Source of the DNA: an uncultured virus (IMG/VR IMGVR_UViG_3300046750_000723)
Taxonomy: Duplodnaviria > Heunggongvirae > Uroviricota > Caudoviricetes
Virus record (IMG/VR): IMGVR_UViG_3300046750_000723
Strand: one strand, 5' to 3'
Length of the DNA stretch: 64,000 bases
Under the pieces are notes generated by a model. The model was not told the origin of the DNA, made no database searches, and was given only the letters and a program-made list of their open reading frames with translations. The position numbers and the translations under genes are program-made. Positions 42,207 through 51,715 of this stretch are shown here, one piece after another (the first letter of the stretch is position 1; every line of letters begins with the position of its first letter).

Positions 42207-42728
42207 ATGGGTAGTTATTGGTATTTAGTAAAAGTACTGCCAGGTAAAGAGAGACAACTTAAAGATAAATTCAATTCGGATATTGAGTTGGGTAACATCA
42301 GAGGAATAAAAGAATTTGTTTGTCCATTAGAGAAAGAACTTAAAATGGTCAAAACAAAGAAAGTCGTAAGAGAAAAAGTAATATACACAGGTTACTTATA
42401 TTTTAATACGGATGAACTTCTAACAGAAGACGATCTAACTAACTTGTCCTACTTACCTGACACCATGAAAGTTTTGGGGGACAAAAGACCGATAAGAGTC
42501 AGAGATAGGGAAATTCAAAGGGTTCTAAAAAATGGTCAAGAAGGTCAGGAAATCGTAAGTAGTATACAATACAACATAGGTGAAACAATTAAGGTTATTG
42601 ACGGACCGTTTAACACCTTCGATGGTGAAATCAGATCTATAAATGGTGATAAGGTTGATGTAGATGTTAAGGTTTTTGGTAGACCTACCAAAGTTACGTT
42701 ATCAAAAGAACAGATAGATAAATTATGA
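42207..42728 (+). CDS. nusG: Transcription elongation/antitermination factor NusG-like
   Basis: NGN domain (WYLVKV..GKE, YTGYLY) and KOW domain (GETIKVIDGPFNTFDG..VFGRPT). Confidence 0.9.
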   Translation: MGSYWYLVKVLPGKERQLKDKFNSDIELGNIRGIKEFVCPLEKELKMVKTKKVVREKVIYTGYLYFNTDELLTEDDLTNLSYLPDTMKVLGDKRPIRVRDREIQRVLKNGQEGQEIVSSIQYNIGETIKVIDGPFNTFDGEIRSINGDKVDVDVKVFGRPTKVTLSKEQIDKL

Positions 42729-43054
42729 TAGACGCTGAGGTGTTATTATATATTGCGAAACTAACAAAGTATTTGGATACCAATAAAAATGCGAGAGAAC
42801 ATTTTGTTGGTGATTTAGACGTGGAAATTTTCTTAGAAAATGTCACTATGATTGCAATGGGGAACTTCGAAAAAAAGAACGACCCCACATTATCAATGGA
42901 TCAATTTGAACAAATAAGAAAGTCCATGAGGTCGTCGGAGTTAAAGAAGGGCATTATGGAAGAAATAAATGAAATTTCTAATAGAGACGATAGTTATTAT
43001 GAACCTACAATCTTTATAGATGAAAGAGGTCTTGAAACAATTAAAACTAAATGA
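42725..43054 (+). CDS. Hypothetical protein
   Basis: ORF track; overlaps neighbours by ATGA. Confidence 0.6.
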   Translation: MIDAEVLLYIAKLTKYLDTNKNAREHFVGDLDVEIFLENVTMIAMGNFEKKNDPTLSMDQFEQIRKSMRSSELKKGIMEEINEISNRDDSYYEPTIFIDERGLETIKTK

Positions 43055-44130
43055 ATATACCTAAATATTATCCAATATTTGAATCAACATATAGTGAGGA
43101 GATTGCCAGTGAACAAATCTTCATACTAAAATACGAAAAATTACCTTCAGTAAAGTCATATAGGGTACCCTTCAGCGAAAGAGTTTTGGAACTCATAACT
43201 AAGGACGGGTTTTCAATACTGAGTAAATTAAGTAGTGAGTACCAGACAAGTATAAGGACCCTAATTGGGAGAACATCTGAAGAGACTCTATATCATTTTG
43301 ATGATAAGGAATTACTAATTAAAACTAAAAGAGGTAAAGGGAATAAAAATATTACTCTAACTTTTTATTATTCTCACGACAATGGTAGTATTGAGTCTCA
43401 GTACAATTTAGACAAATTAAAAAGACATATTACGAAAAAAAAGAAAGGTAATATATCTTTAATAAAGTCTCATAGCGGTGGATTTTTAGATTTGGAAGAG
43501 TATGAATTGAAAATACCTAAAACGGATTTAAAACTTAATTATGGTAAAGATTTTAAGAAAATCCACGATACTATAGTTAAGAGGTTAAATAGGGATAATG
43601 ATAAGGGTATTGTTCTTTTACATGGTGAACCTGGTACGGGTAAAACGACCTATATAAAATATTTATCCTCATTAATAAAAGAAAAACAAATCATATTTGT
43701 TCCACCTATGATGGCGGAATCACTAACAGACCCAACGATTATACCATTCTTAATGGAATATAAAAATAGTATTCTAATAATTGAAGATGCTGAGAAAGTT
43801 TTAGGTACTCGAGAGAATTCAAACAATATGTCACAGAGTACATCTAACCTACTTAACTTAACCGATGGTATCTTGGGGGATTGTTTAAATATACAAATTG
43901 TGGCGACTTTCAACACGAAAAGAGATAACATTGATGATGCATTTATGAGAAAAGGAAGGTTAATTGCCGAACATAAGTTTACTAAATTATCAATAGAGGA
44001 GAGTAATAAATTATTGGAATCACTTTCTAAAGACGTTATAACAGAAGAAGAAATGGCATTATCCGATATATACAATATAGATGTTGATATCTATAAAACA
44101 ATTAAACAAAAAGGTAAAATAGGTTTTTAA
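43051..44130 (+). CDS. AAA+ ATPase
   Basis: GEPGTGKT Walker A, IIEDAE Walker B, LLNLTDG, RKGR. Confidence 0.9.
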   Translation: MNIPKYYPIFESTYSEEIASEQIFILKYEKLPSVKSYRVPFSERVLELITKDGFSILSKLSSEYQTSIRTLIGRTSEETLYHFDDKELLIKTKRGKGNKNITLTFYYSHDNGSIESQYNLDKLKRHITKKKKGNISLIKSHSGGFLDLEEYELKIPKTDLKLNYGKDFKKIHDTIVKRLNRDNDKGIVLLHGEPGTGKTTYIKYLSSLIKEKQIIFVPPMMAESLTDPTIIPFLMEYKNSILIIEDAEKVLGTRENSNNMSQSTSNLLNLTDGILGDCLNIQIVATFNTKRDNIDDAFMRKGRLIAEHKFTKLSIEESNKLLESLSKDVITEEEMALSDIYNIDVDIYKTIKQKGKIGF

Positions 44131-44132
44131 TT

Positions 44133-44438
44133 ATGAAAAATACAACAGGACAAGAAATTTTGTCACTACAAAAAGAAGGTAAGAAAGTTTTAGTGGATTT
44201 ATGGGCACCATGGTGTGGACCATGTAAGTCACTAATCCCTAGATTAGAAAATATGGACGAAAAATACGAAAATGTAGAATTCGTAAAAGTTAATGTGGAT
44301 GAAGATAGATCATACGCTCAAGGATTGGGTATAAGAAGTGTACCTACGGTAATTATCTTTGATGGAGACATTGAAGTCGGTAGATTAACGGGTGCTCAGG
44401 CAGACACAAACTATACAGACATTTTAGATAAATTGTAA
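44133..44438 (+). CDS. trxA: Thioredoxin
   Basis: WAPWCGPC; cis-Pro motif SVPT. Confidence 0.9.
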   Translation: MKNTTGQEILSLQKEGKKVLVDLWAPWCGPCKSLIPRLENMDEKYENVEFVKVNVDEDRSYAQGLGIRSVPTVIIFDGDIEVGRLTGAQADTNYTDILDKL

Positions 44439-44707
44439 TGACAACAATATGTGTTTTTACAATGAGGGGATGTTCATATTGTGATGAATTTAAAGAAATA
44501 TTAAAAAAAGAAAACTTAAGTTATCAAGAGTATGATGTTGACGACAATCAATATCTATGGGATCAAGTTGTAAATCAGATTGGTGAAGAAAACCTACCCA
44601 CAGTGTTTATAAGGAATGAAAAAGATAGTTTAGGGGTACTTCTAATGCCAGATATAAATGTGGAAAGTCAAGAAGAGATGTTAGAAAAAATCAAAGAAAA
44701 TATATAA
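44438..44707 (+). CDS. Glutaredoxin-like protein
   Basis: GCSYC; LPTVFI. Confidence 0.75.
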   Translation: MTTICVFTMRGCSYCDEFKEILKKENLSYQEYDVDDNQYLWDQVVNQIGEENLPTVFIRNEKDSLGVLLMPDINVESQEEMLEKIKENI

Positions 44708-44711
44708 AATC

Positions 44712-44741
44712 AAGGGGGGGACAAAAAAGTCTCCCCTTTTT
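44712..44741 (+). terminator. Intrinsic terminator
   Basis: AAGGGGGGGAC-aaaaaa-GTCTCCCCTTTTT. Confidence 0.8.
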
Positions 44742-44764
44742 GTTTCCAAGATCCATTTGTCAGG

Positions 44765-44772
44765 TATTTATA
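44765..44772 (+). promoter_or_regulatory. Class I (late-type) promoter-like motif TATTTATA (representative copy)
   Basis: The identical octamer also occurs at 12317, 13015, 15428, 17095, 19078, 30750, 32785, 35234, 36515, 49373 and 51637, always just 5' of a gene. Confidence 0.65.
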
Positions 44773-44789
44773 ATAAAGTAAACTTTTAG

Positions 44790-47700
44790 ATGGCATTACA
44801 ACAAATATATTGGGAACAAATTGCGACCGAGGATATAACCTCAGGACAAACGGTAAATTTAGGTAACCCGACAGCGTCTTTGAAGAATGTTTATGCGGAT
44901 AACTTCTTTATAAACGGTACACAAAGTTTAAATGATTTAATTGGTGGAGGAATAACCGAAGGGATTGACCCTTTAAATCAATTTAGTGCTTCGGTTTTAA
45001 CGTCTTTAGAATTTACAGGTTCAAATATGACCGTTAAAGGTGATTTGAATGTCTTAGGAACATATACCTCTATTAAATCGGAAACGGTCACCTTAGATGA
45101 TAATATCATTGAATTAAATGGTACTGACAAGGCGTTTGGTGGTTTATTAATAAAAGACCCCACAAACCCTAATTTAGTTTCAGGATCATTGTTGTGGGAT
45201 ACAACAACTGATAGATGGGTTGGAGGACCTTTAGGGTTAGAAGAAAATATAGTAATAGAGAGTGAATTAACAACTCTTTCATCTTCAATATCATCTTCTA
45301 TAAACGAATTATCACAATCAGTATCCTCATCATTTGATCAGGTTAATACGGATTTAACAGATTTATCGTCTTCAGTGTCGTCATCGATTAATGATTTATC
45401 ACAATCAGTGTCGTCGTCGTTTGACCAAGTCAATACAGATTTAACAGATTTATCCTCATCATTATCATCATCAATAAATGAATTATCTTCATCTGTCGAC
45501 TCTACGTTTACTCTACATGACGGTAGGTTAGTTGACTTAGAGTTATTTAGTTCTTCATTAGATGCAACATTTGCAACGGACCAACAATTAACGGATTTAT
45601 CACAATCAATCACCTCATCAATAGGTGATCTATCGTCTTCATTAGATGGTAGGGTTGTGAATTTGGAGGACTTTAGTTCTTCATTAGACGCCACATTCGC
45701 GACAGACCAACAATTAACAGACTTATCGTCTTCATTATCAGGATCAATAAGTGAATTGTCCTCATCATTATCATCATCAATAAATGATTTATCACAGTCA
45801 GTATCCTCATCTTTTGATCAGGTTAATAATGACCTAACTGATTTATCATCGTCATTATCATCTTCGATAAACGAATTATCACAATCGGTTGATTCCACAT
45901 TCACATTACATGATGGTAGGTTAGTCGAATTAGAAACGACAGGGTCTGATCATGAAACAAGGATTGATGGTTTAGAATTATTTAGTACTTCTTTAGATAA
46001 CACTTATGCGACAGACCAAGAATTAGAAGACATTTCCGCATCTTTAAGTGATGCTATTGGTAATGCACAAACAGATATCGAAGCAAGTAATATATTCCAA
46101 CAAACAGGTTCATATTATGGTACATCTGAAAATTTACAAATATCGGGTAGTGGTTTAGATTCACCCGATGGTTCTATAACAGGAAAATATGGTGTAATTG
46201 TGTCAAAATCATTACATGCAGAAAATATTAACGTGGGTCAACCCACTTCAAATGATTGGGGGACCATGAATGGTTCATATTTTAATAATTTTAATGAAAA
46301 CACAGACGTTTCGGAGATTATTAGGTTTATGGCGGGGTTATTATCCTCTTCAGCACCTGATGCCTCTCCAAACACCAAATATTATAACGGATATACTAAA
46401 AACACATTTAATACATCAACAGATTCGGGTATTGGTGGATATCTTCCTTCAGGAACAACAAATACAACACTAATTGACCTTATTGATAGTGGATTTGCTA
46501 GTATTGGTGGAACAATCTTAGGGTCATTCGGTACTTTTTATACAAATAGTAATTATAGACACTCATTTACAAGTAGATACGGTGGTTCAACAACTGTTAG
46601 ATCATCAAATGATGGTAATTTATTTGGTTTAGGTAGATTAAGTAGCGGAACACCCACAACGTTTAAAGTTTCAGGATCTTTTACGTTTAAAAAATTCGAC
46701 CATAACAGAGTTTTATTGGAAGAATCAAGTTCTAATCATTTAATAATACAATCTGGTGCGGGAACAACTAATGGAGTTACTCTTGGTAAGATTGAATCGG
46801 CAAATCCTGAATTAATTCCCGCAGGGTATCAAGACGGTAAATATAGTGGAGTCTTTAGTCCAACAATTTTAAATGCTGGTAATACTATAGACGATATTGG
46901 GTATTACCATATATCAAGTTCGATATCTATAGCAAGTGGGTCAAGTGATTTTACCACACCAATAGAGAGTAATACTGAGATACTATATGGACCAATGCCG
47001 ACAATTGAAAGTGGTATAGGGTCAACTAATTTAGGTGTTTCGGCAAATATTGATTCTATGGAACAATTAACCGCAACATCAAGATCTTTAAGTGGGGCAC
47101 CATACTTACAAACGGCAACGTTTAACGCGAGTGGGTCCATTGGGGGTACATTTAATAAGTTGTACCAAAACGGTACACACGGTTCAATGTCAGGTAATAG
47201 TGGTCAAAGAACTGCAAGTGTCTCTAACGGTAGAATATCAACAAGTAATGTGTTTTATGATGAAACATTTACAGATTTAAGGTCGAGTGGTACAATTCCA
47301 CACATTAATGATAAAATAAAACTTAATTCAGGTTTGAGTTGGAGTGCGGGTAATTCGTATGGTACCTCAGCTAACCAGTCGGTTTCAATAAGTGGAGCCG
47401 GATTCGGTGGAAGTAGGTCTGATTCTGAAAGTAGGTCCGTACACATAGCGGGAACGTTTGGACAACCGGCATCAAGTGGTAGTTTACATTATTATGGTAG
47501 ATCACAAACATACGATGGTTCATCTAACACTTCTGAAAATTTTACGGGTGAGGGTAGAAGATTAGAACTGAATGATAATTTACTTTCATTTGGTGGAACT
47601 TCTTGGGATAACACCTATAATGAATATGGTATTTTGGGTCCTAAAGATTTACAAGTAAGACCTAACCGTTTAGTTAAACCAGGTGGTAACAATGGATATT

Positions 47701-48149
47701 GGTTAACTAACCCAAGTAATAGTAGTGATTATAAGTATTATGTTAGAAAATTTTCCACATCAGGAACAAAAACAAGTATGAGTATTAATGTAGGTGGAAC
47801 GTCTTTAGTTTCATGGGACTCAACAAATAATAACTCAGCATCTGTGGTAATACTATTTGAATCTTCTACAACTAATGTTTATGCAAACGCAAGATTTTAT
47901 GACCCAACTAAAACATTAGAAAATTTTGTTGGATCAATAAGTTCTAACACAGATGGTACTAACCCATTTGGTTTAGATATAGATTTGTACGGTAATACAG
48001 GTGGATCGGGTTCAGGGGGTTCATATTCTTTACCTATGAGAAATTCAGACGGTATGTTCCTGAATTCAACCTATAATGAAATTATGGTATTGGTTAGATA
48101 CAAAGGGGACCCAACACCCATAACAAGTTTAAGTGTAAGTTTTAGTTAA
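44790..48149 (+). CDS. Tail fibre-like structural protein with Ser-rich coiled-coil repeats
   Basis: DDNIIELNG...SGSLLWD module; LSSSxSSSINxLSQSV repeats; S/T/G-rich C-terminal region. Confidence 0.65.
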   Translation: MALQQIYWEQIATEDITSGQTVNLGNPTASLKNVYADNFFINGTQSLNDLIGGGITEGIDPLNQFSASVLTSLEFTGSNMTVKGDLNVLGTYTSIKSETVTLDDNIIELNGTDKAFGGLLIKDPTNPNLVSGSLLWDTTTDRWVGGPLGLEENIVIESELTTLSSSISSSINELSQSVSSSFDQVNTDLTDLSSSVSSSINDLSQSVSSSFDQVNTDLTDLSSSLSSSINELSSSVDSTFTLHDGRLVDLELFSSSLDATFATDQQLTDLSQSITSSIGDLSSSLDGRVVNLEDFSSSLDATFATDQQLTDLSSSLSGSISELSSSLSSSINDLSQSVSSSFDQVNNDLTDLSSSLSSSINELSQSVDSTFTLHDGRLVELETTGSDHETRIDGLELFSTSLDNTYATDQELEDISASLSDAIGNAQTDIEASNIFQQTGSYYGTSENLQISGSGLDSPDGSITGKYGVIVSKSLHAENINVGQPTSNDWGTMNGSYFNNFNENTDVSEIIRFMAGLLSSSAPDASPNTKYYNGYTKNTFNTSTDSGIGGYLPSGTTNTTLIDLIDSGFASIGGTILGSFGTFYTNSNYRHSFTSRYGGSTTVRSSNDGNLFGLGRLSSGTPTTFKVSGSFTFKKFDHNRVLLEESSSNHLIIQSGAGTTNGVTLGKIESANPELIPAGYQDGKYSGVFSPTILNAGNTIDDIGYYHISSSISIASGSSDFTTPIESNTEILYGPMPTIESGIGSTNLGVSANIDSMEQLTATSRSLSGAPYLQTATFNASGSIGGTFNKLYQNGTHGSMSGNSGQRTASVSNGRISTSNVFYDETFTDLRSSGTIPHINDKIKLNSGLSWSAGNSYGTSANQSVSISGAGFGGSRSDSESRSVHIAGTFGQPASSGSLHYYGRSQTYDGSSNTSENFTGEGRRLELNDNLLSFGGTSWDNTYNEYGILGPKDLQVRPNRLVKPGGNNGYWLTNPSNSSDYKYYVRKFSTSGTKTSMSINVGGTSLVSWDSTNNNSASVVILFESSTTNVYANARFYDPTKTLENFVGSISSNTDGTNPFGLDIDLYGNTGGSGSGGSYSLPMRNSDGMFLNSTYNEIMVLVRYKGDPTPITSLSVSFS

Positions 48150-48154
48150 GAGAC

Positions 48155-49363
48155 ATGGCATACGATAAGAATATAAAATCATCAAGGTTCCTCCAAAGTA
48201 AGAGGTATACACACAACAACCTACTAGATTCACAAGAATCATTCACTTCTGTATTGGATTTAAATAGTAGTGAAATTTATGTTGACCAAAGTCTCATACC
48301 TTCTTCAAACTTACCATTTAATGGTAGTTCAGATCACTTATCTGTCTATACCGATAGTGATACAAGTTTAGATGTATTAAAATATTGGTACAGACATAAA
48401 TTAACTAAATCTGATTTAAATAGGGAGGTTTGGTTTTTCTTAGATCCCGTCGGTTCAAATGACGGTATAGGGGCACAGTTGATTAGTAATGATCAAGAAG
48501 TAAATTTCATTTCACCAAAATATGCCATATCAGGTTTGGCAAACTCAACAGTTGAGGATTCCACACCAGGTTATTTAATTAAACTTTTTGTTTCAACTAA
48601 TTCTTCCTCCCCATCAAATAGTGATTTAAGACAACCATCTACCTATTCTTTTGATTACAAAACAGGTGTAGTACAATTTATAAGTGGTACCCCTTCAAGT
48701 AATCAATATGTATACATGAGTGTTTACCAATATGTTGGTAGAACATTAAGTGACCAATTAGGTGGAGGTGGTGCTAGTGCTATACAAGATATATTTAAAC
48801 CTACAGGTTCATTTTATGCCACTACGAATGACATACAGATAAGTGGATCTTTAGATTTAACAGGAGACTTTACTGTACATGGAACTGTAACCTCATCATT
48901 ATCTGAGACGGTTATCGTTAATGATAATATTATAGAGTTAAACGGTAACGAATCTAATTTTGGTGGATTAAGTATTAAAGACACAGTAAATCCTAATACC
49001 GTATCAGGTTCTTTATTATGGGATGCTACGAATGATCAGTGGATTGCGGGTCAAGAGGGAAGTGAATTACCAATTGCAAGACAAGACGATTTAGTATGGG
49101 GTAATTCAGGTTCATATTGGTCATCAACAAGTGATCTACAAGTAACTGGCTCGGTCATAATAAAAGGAGACTTAAAGGTTGAAGGACAAACAACATTACA
49201 ATCGCAAGACATAACTCAAGATTCATTAATTGTGTCGGGTGCGATGAGTATATTAAAAAATCAAATAGAGAATCAAATAAGGTCCGCATCACTAAACATT
49301 GAAAACTTAGGATCGATAGGAGATATTAATAATAATTCTGTCATGGACCTTGGTGGTTTCTAA
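48155..49363 (+). CDS. Tail fibre-associated structural protein
   Basis: FDYKTGVVQF...YQYVG domain; shared NDNIIELNG module; C-terminal DLGGF. Confidence 0.6.
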   Translation: MAYDKNIKSSRFLQSKRYTHNNLLDSQESFTSVLDLNSSEIYVDQSLIPSSNLPFNGSSDHLSVYTDSDTSLDVLKYWYRHKLTKSDLNREVWFFLDPVGSNDGIGAQLISNDQEVNFISPKYAISGLANSTVEDSTPGYLIKLFVSTNSSSPSNSDLRQPSTYSFDYKTGVVQFISGTPSSNQYVYMSVYQYVGRTLSDQLGGGGASAIQDIFKPTGSFYATTNDIQISGSLDLTGDFTVHGTVTSSLSETVIVNDNIIELNGNESNFGGLSIKDTVNPNTVSGSLLWDATNDQWIAGQEGSELPIARQDDLVWGNSGSYWSSTSDLQVTGSVIIKGDLKVEGQTTLQSQDITQDSLIVSGAMSILKNQIENQIRSASLNIENLGSIGDINNNSVMDLGGF

Positions 49364-49417
49364 TATTCAAGATATTTATAATAATAAATCAAATAAAGAC
49401 AAAATTTAAAAAAGAAG

Positions 49418-51559
49418 ATGGCTCAAATTATTAAACACAGAAGAGGTTCGATAGACAGTGTAAAGGCAACAACCACAAGAAATGGTGAAGTCTTGATAGC
49501 GTCAGGATCGATCTCAGATTTAGCTGGACCTTTCGTATTTGTTGGGTCACCCGTTTCTAGTGACGAAGGAGTCGCCGGAGCGTTCAAACCAACATCAAAA
49601 ATATATTCAGGAACCAATGCACCCACAATAGGTGTTGGTACTTACGGATCAATTTTAGACGGAACTCCATTTTACGCGTCAGGAGACGAATCATTATACA
49701 TATTAAATAATGATGGAGTTGGTAATGACAGGGTAGATTTAACAGGTAACATAGAGGGTAATTTAATTTCTAATGTAACAATAACATCACTTACAGGTTC
49801 TAACGCTAACCTAACAAATGTAACTGGTGGTACGGTAACCGTAACAGGAAATCAAACTATCGGTGGAACTTTAGGAGTTACGGGAGCAACAAACCTAGGA
49901 GATAGTTTAGGGGTTGCTTTAACTGCGACTGTAGGAAAATTAGTTTCGGAAGGAGAAATTACGGGTTCAAATCTTAGACTTACGGGAGATGCGGACATTG
50001 CAGGAAATATAAACTTAGGTGGAAATATTAGTGTTGGTGATGCATCAACAGACTTTGTTTCATTTGGTGCGGATATATCATCTTCATTCATACCAGATGT
50101 AAATGACGCATTTGATTTAGGTTCTACAACTAAGGCATGGAGAGAATTATACGTAAGTGGAACGGCACACATTCAAGACTTAAACCTTGAAGGTGGATTA
50201 TCTGTAAATAGTTTGGCTCTACCAGGTGACTTAACGGTATCGGGAACTACAGACTTAAAAGGTAACGTTACTTTAGGTGATGCAAGTTCGGACACAATTA
50301 CTGTAAATTCGGGAGACATTGAATTATCAAATATTCCTGACGGAGATACAGCAATCTTTATTGGTTTAGACGGAAATAACAAATTAGTACAAGACACATT
50401 AGACTCAAGGGTACAAGGAGAGACATTACTTGATAATAATGGTACACCATTAACTGCTAACAGAATACCTTTCGCAGTTGACGGAGACTCATTACAGGAT
50501 GACGCTGATTTAACATACAACTCAACAACTAATGTTATTAGTGTGGGTAGTTCAACAATTGGTAACGATATATCTGCGGCAAGTTCATTAACTTCGGTAG
50601 GTACTACGGAACTAAAAGGTGCGGTCGGAATTAATTCAACACTAAACGTTACAGGTTCTGCACAATTAAAATCTAGTTTAGATGTTGATGGTGAATCTAC
50701 ATTAGCAAGTGCAATCGTAGAAGATTTAACATCAGGTAGAGTAGTATTAGCAGGTACGGGAGGAGCAATTGAAGATAGTTCAAAGTTAACATTTGACGGA
50801 TCAACATTAGACGTAACTGGTGATGTTGAAGCATCAGGTGATTTAGGTGGTGCCACGGCAACCATCACAGGTAATTCTACTATAGGTGGAACACTTGGTG
50901 TAACAGGTAATACTGAAATTGATGGAACATTAACAGTTAATGATAATGTAACAATATCAGGTAACTTAGAAATATTAGGTACGGCTACCGAAGTGAATAT
51001 ACAATCACAAACAGTCGAAATCGATGACAATATTATTAAATTAAACGCATATTCACCATTTGAAAGATACGCAGGTTTTGAGGTTATGGATTCAGGATCT
51101 TCAGGTGTATCTGCATCTTTAGTATGGGATTCACAAGATGACCATTGGATGTTTGTTTCTTCATCAGGAAAATCAAGTAAATTACTTGGGACAACTGCGG
51201 GAGCTTACGGTTCGGAAAGTAGTTTAGGAATTGGTTCAATACCTGTAGCAACAGGTAAGAACACTATGGGTGATTCTTTACTTACTGATGATGGTAGTGT
51301 ATTGGCATATAACACAAACAAATTTACAGTTGATAAAGACACTGGTTCTACTTTAATTGCGGGTAACGTAACACTTAGTGGTGGTGGTGGACTTGATTCG
51401 GGAAATACTACTTCAAAAATTGTATTTAGAAATTCAAGTAGTGAAATAGGTTATATAACGAGTACAGGAACAACTGATGTTTTAGACGGTATCTTAGGTT
51501 ACAAATCAAGTGATGGATCTTTAGTATTTTCTACCGTTATTGATGGAGGAACTTACTAA
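49418..51559 (+). CDS. Tail fibre-like protein (beta-helix-like repeats)
   Basis: MAQIIKHRRG..GE N-terminus; IGGTLGVTG repeats; C-terminal IDGGTY. Confidence 0.65.
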   Translation: MAQIIKHRRGSIDSVKATTTRNGEVLIASGSISDLAGPFVFVGSPVSSDEGVAGAFKPTSKIYSGTNAPTIGVGTYGSILDGTPFYASGDESLYILNNDGVGNDRVDLTGNIEGNLISNVTITSLTGSNANLTNVTGGTVTVTGNQTIGGTLGVTGATNLGDSLGVALTATVGKLVSEGEITGSNLRLTGDADIAGNINLGGNISVGDASTDFVSFGADISSSFIPDVNDAFDLGSTTKAWRELYVSGTAHIQDLNLEGGLSVNSLALPGDLTVSGTTDLKGNVTLGDASSDTITVNSGDIELSNIPDGDTAIFIGLDGNNKLVQDTLDSRVQGETLLDNNGTPLTANRIPFAVDGDSLQDDADLTYNSTTNVISVGSSTIGNDISAASSLTSVGTTELKGAVGINSTLNVTGSAQLKSSLDVDGESTLASAIVEDLTSGRVVLAGTGGAIEDSSKLTFDGSTLDVTGDVEASGDLGGATATITGNSTIGGTLGVTGNTEIDGTLTVNDNVTISGNLEILGTATEVNIQSQTVEIDDNIIKLNAYSPFERYAGFEVMDSGSSGVSASLVWDSQDDHWMFVSSSGKSSKLLGTTAGAYGSESSLGIGSIPVATGKNTMGDSLLTDDGSVLAYNTNKFTVDKDTGSTLIAGNVTLSGGGGLDSGNTTSKIVFRNSSSEIGYITSTGTTDVLDGILGYKSSDGSLVFSTVIDGGTY

Positions 51560-51585
51560 AAACTAAATTAAATATTTATTACACA

Positions 51586-51617
51586 AAAATCCCTTGAGAA
51601 ATCAGGGGATTTTCTTT
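51586..51617 (+). terminator. Intrinsic terminator
   Basis: AAAATCCCTTGA-GAAA-TCAGGGGATTTT followed by CTTT. Confidence 0.75.
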
Positions 51618-51715
51618 ATATATTGATATTAAGTAGTATTTATAATAAAGATCTATATAGATCATAATAAAAGTGATAGATATCACTATAAATACATTTA
51701 GAGAGATCCATATAT

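Noticed and set aside
30064..44707. Interpretation as a bacterial chromosome or eukaryotic giant virus
   Set aside because: Host-like genes are isolated, lack their usual operon partners (for example clpX, secE/rplK), and are interspersed with phage replication and fibre genes; sigma-70 and NusG argue against a eukaryotic virus.
49852..51030. Minus-strand ORFs of 106 and 285 aa
   Set aside because: Fully antisense to a well-supported fibre gene and without recognisable motifs.
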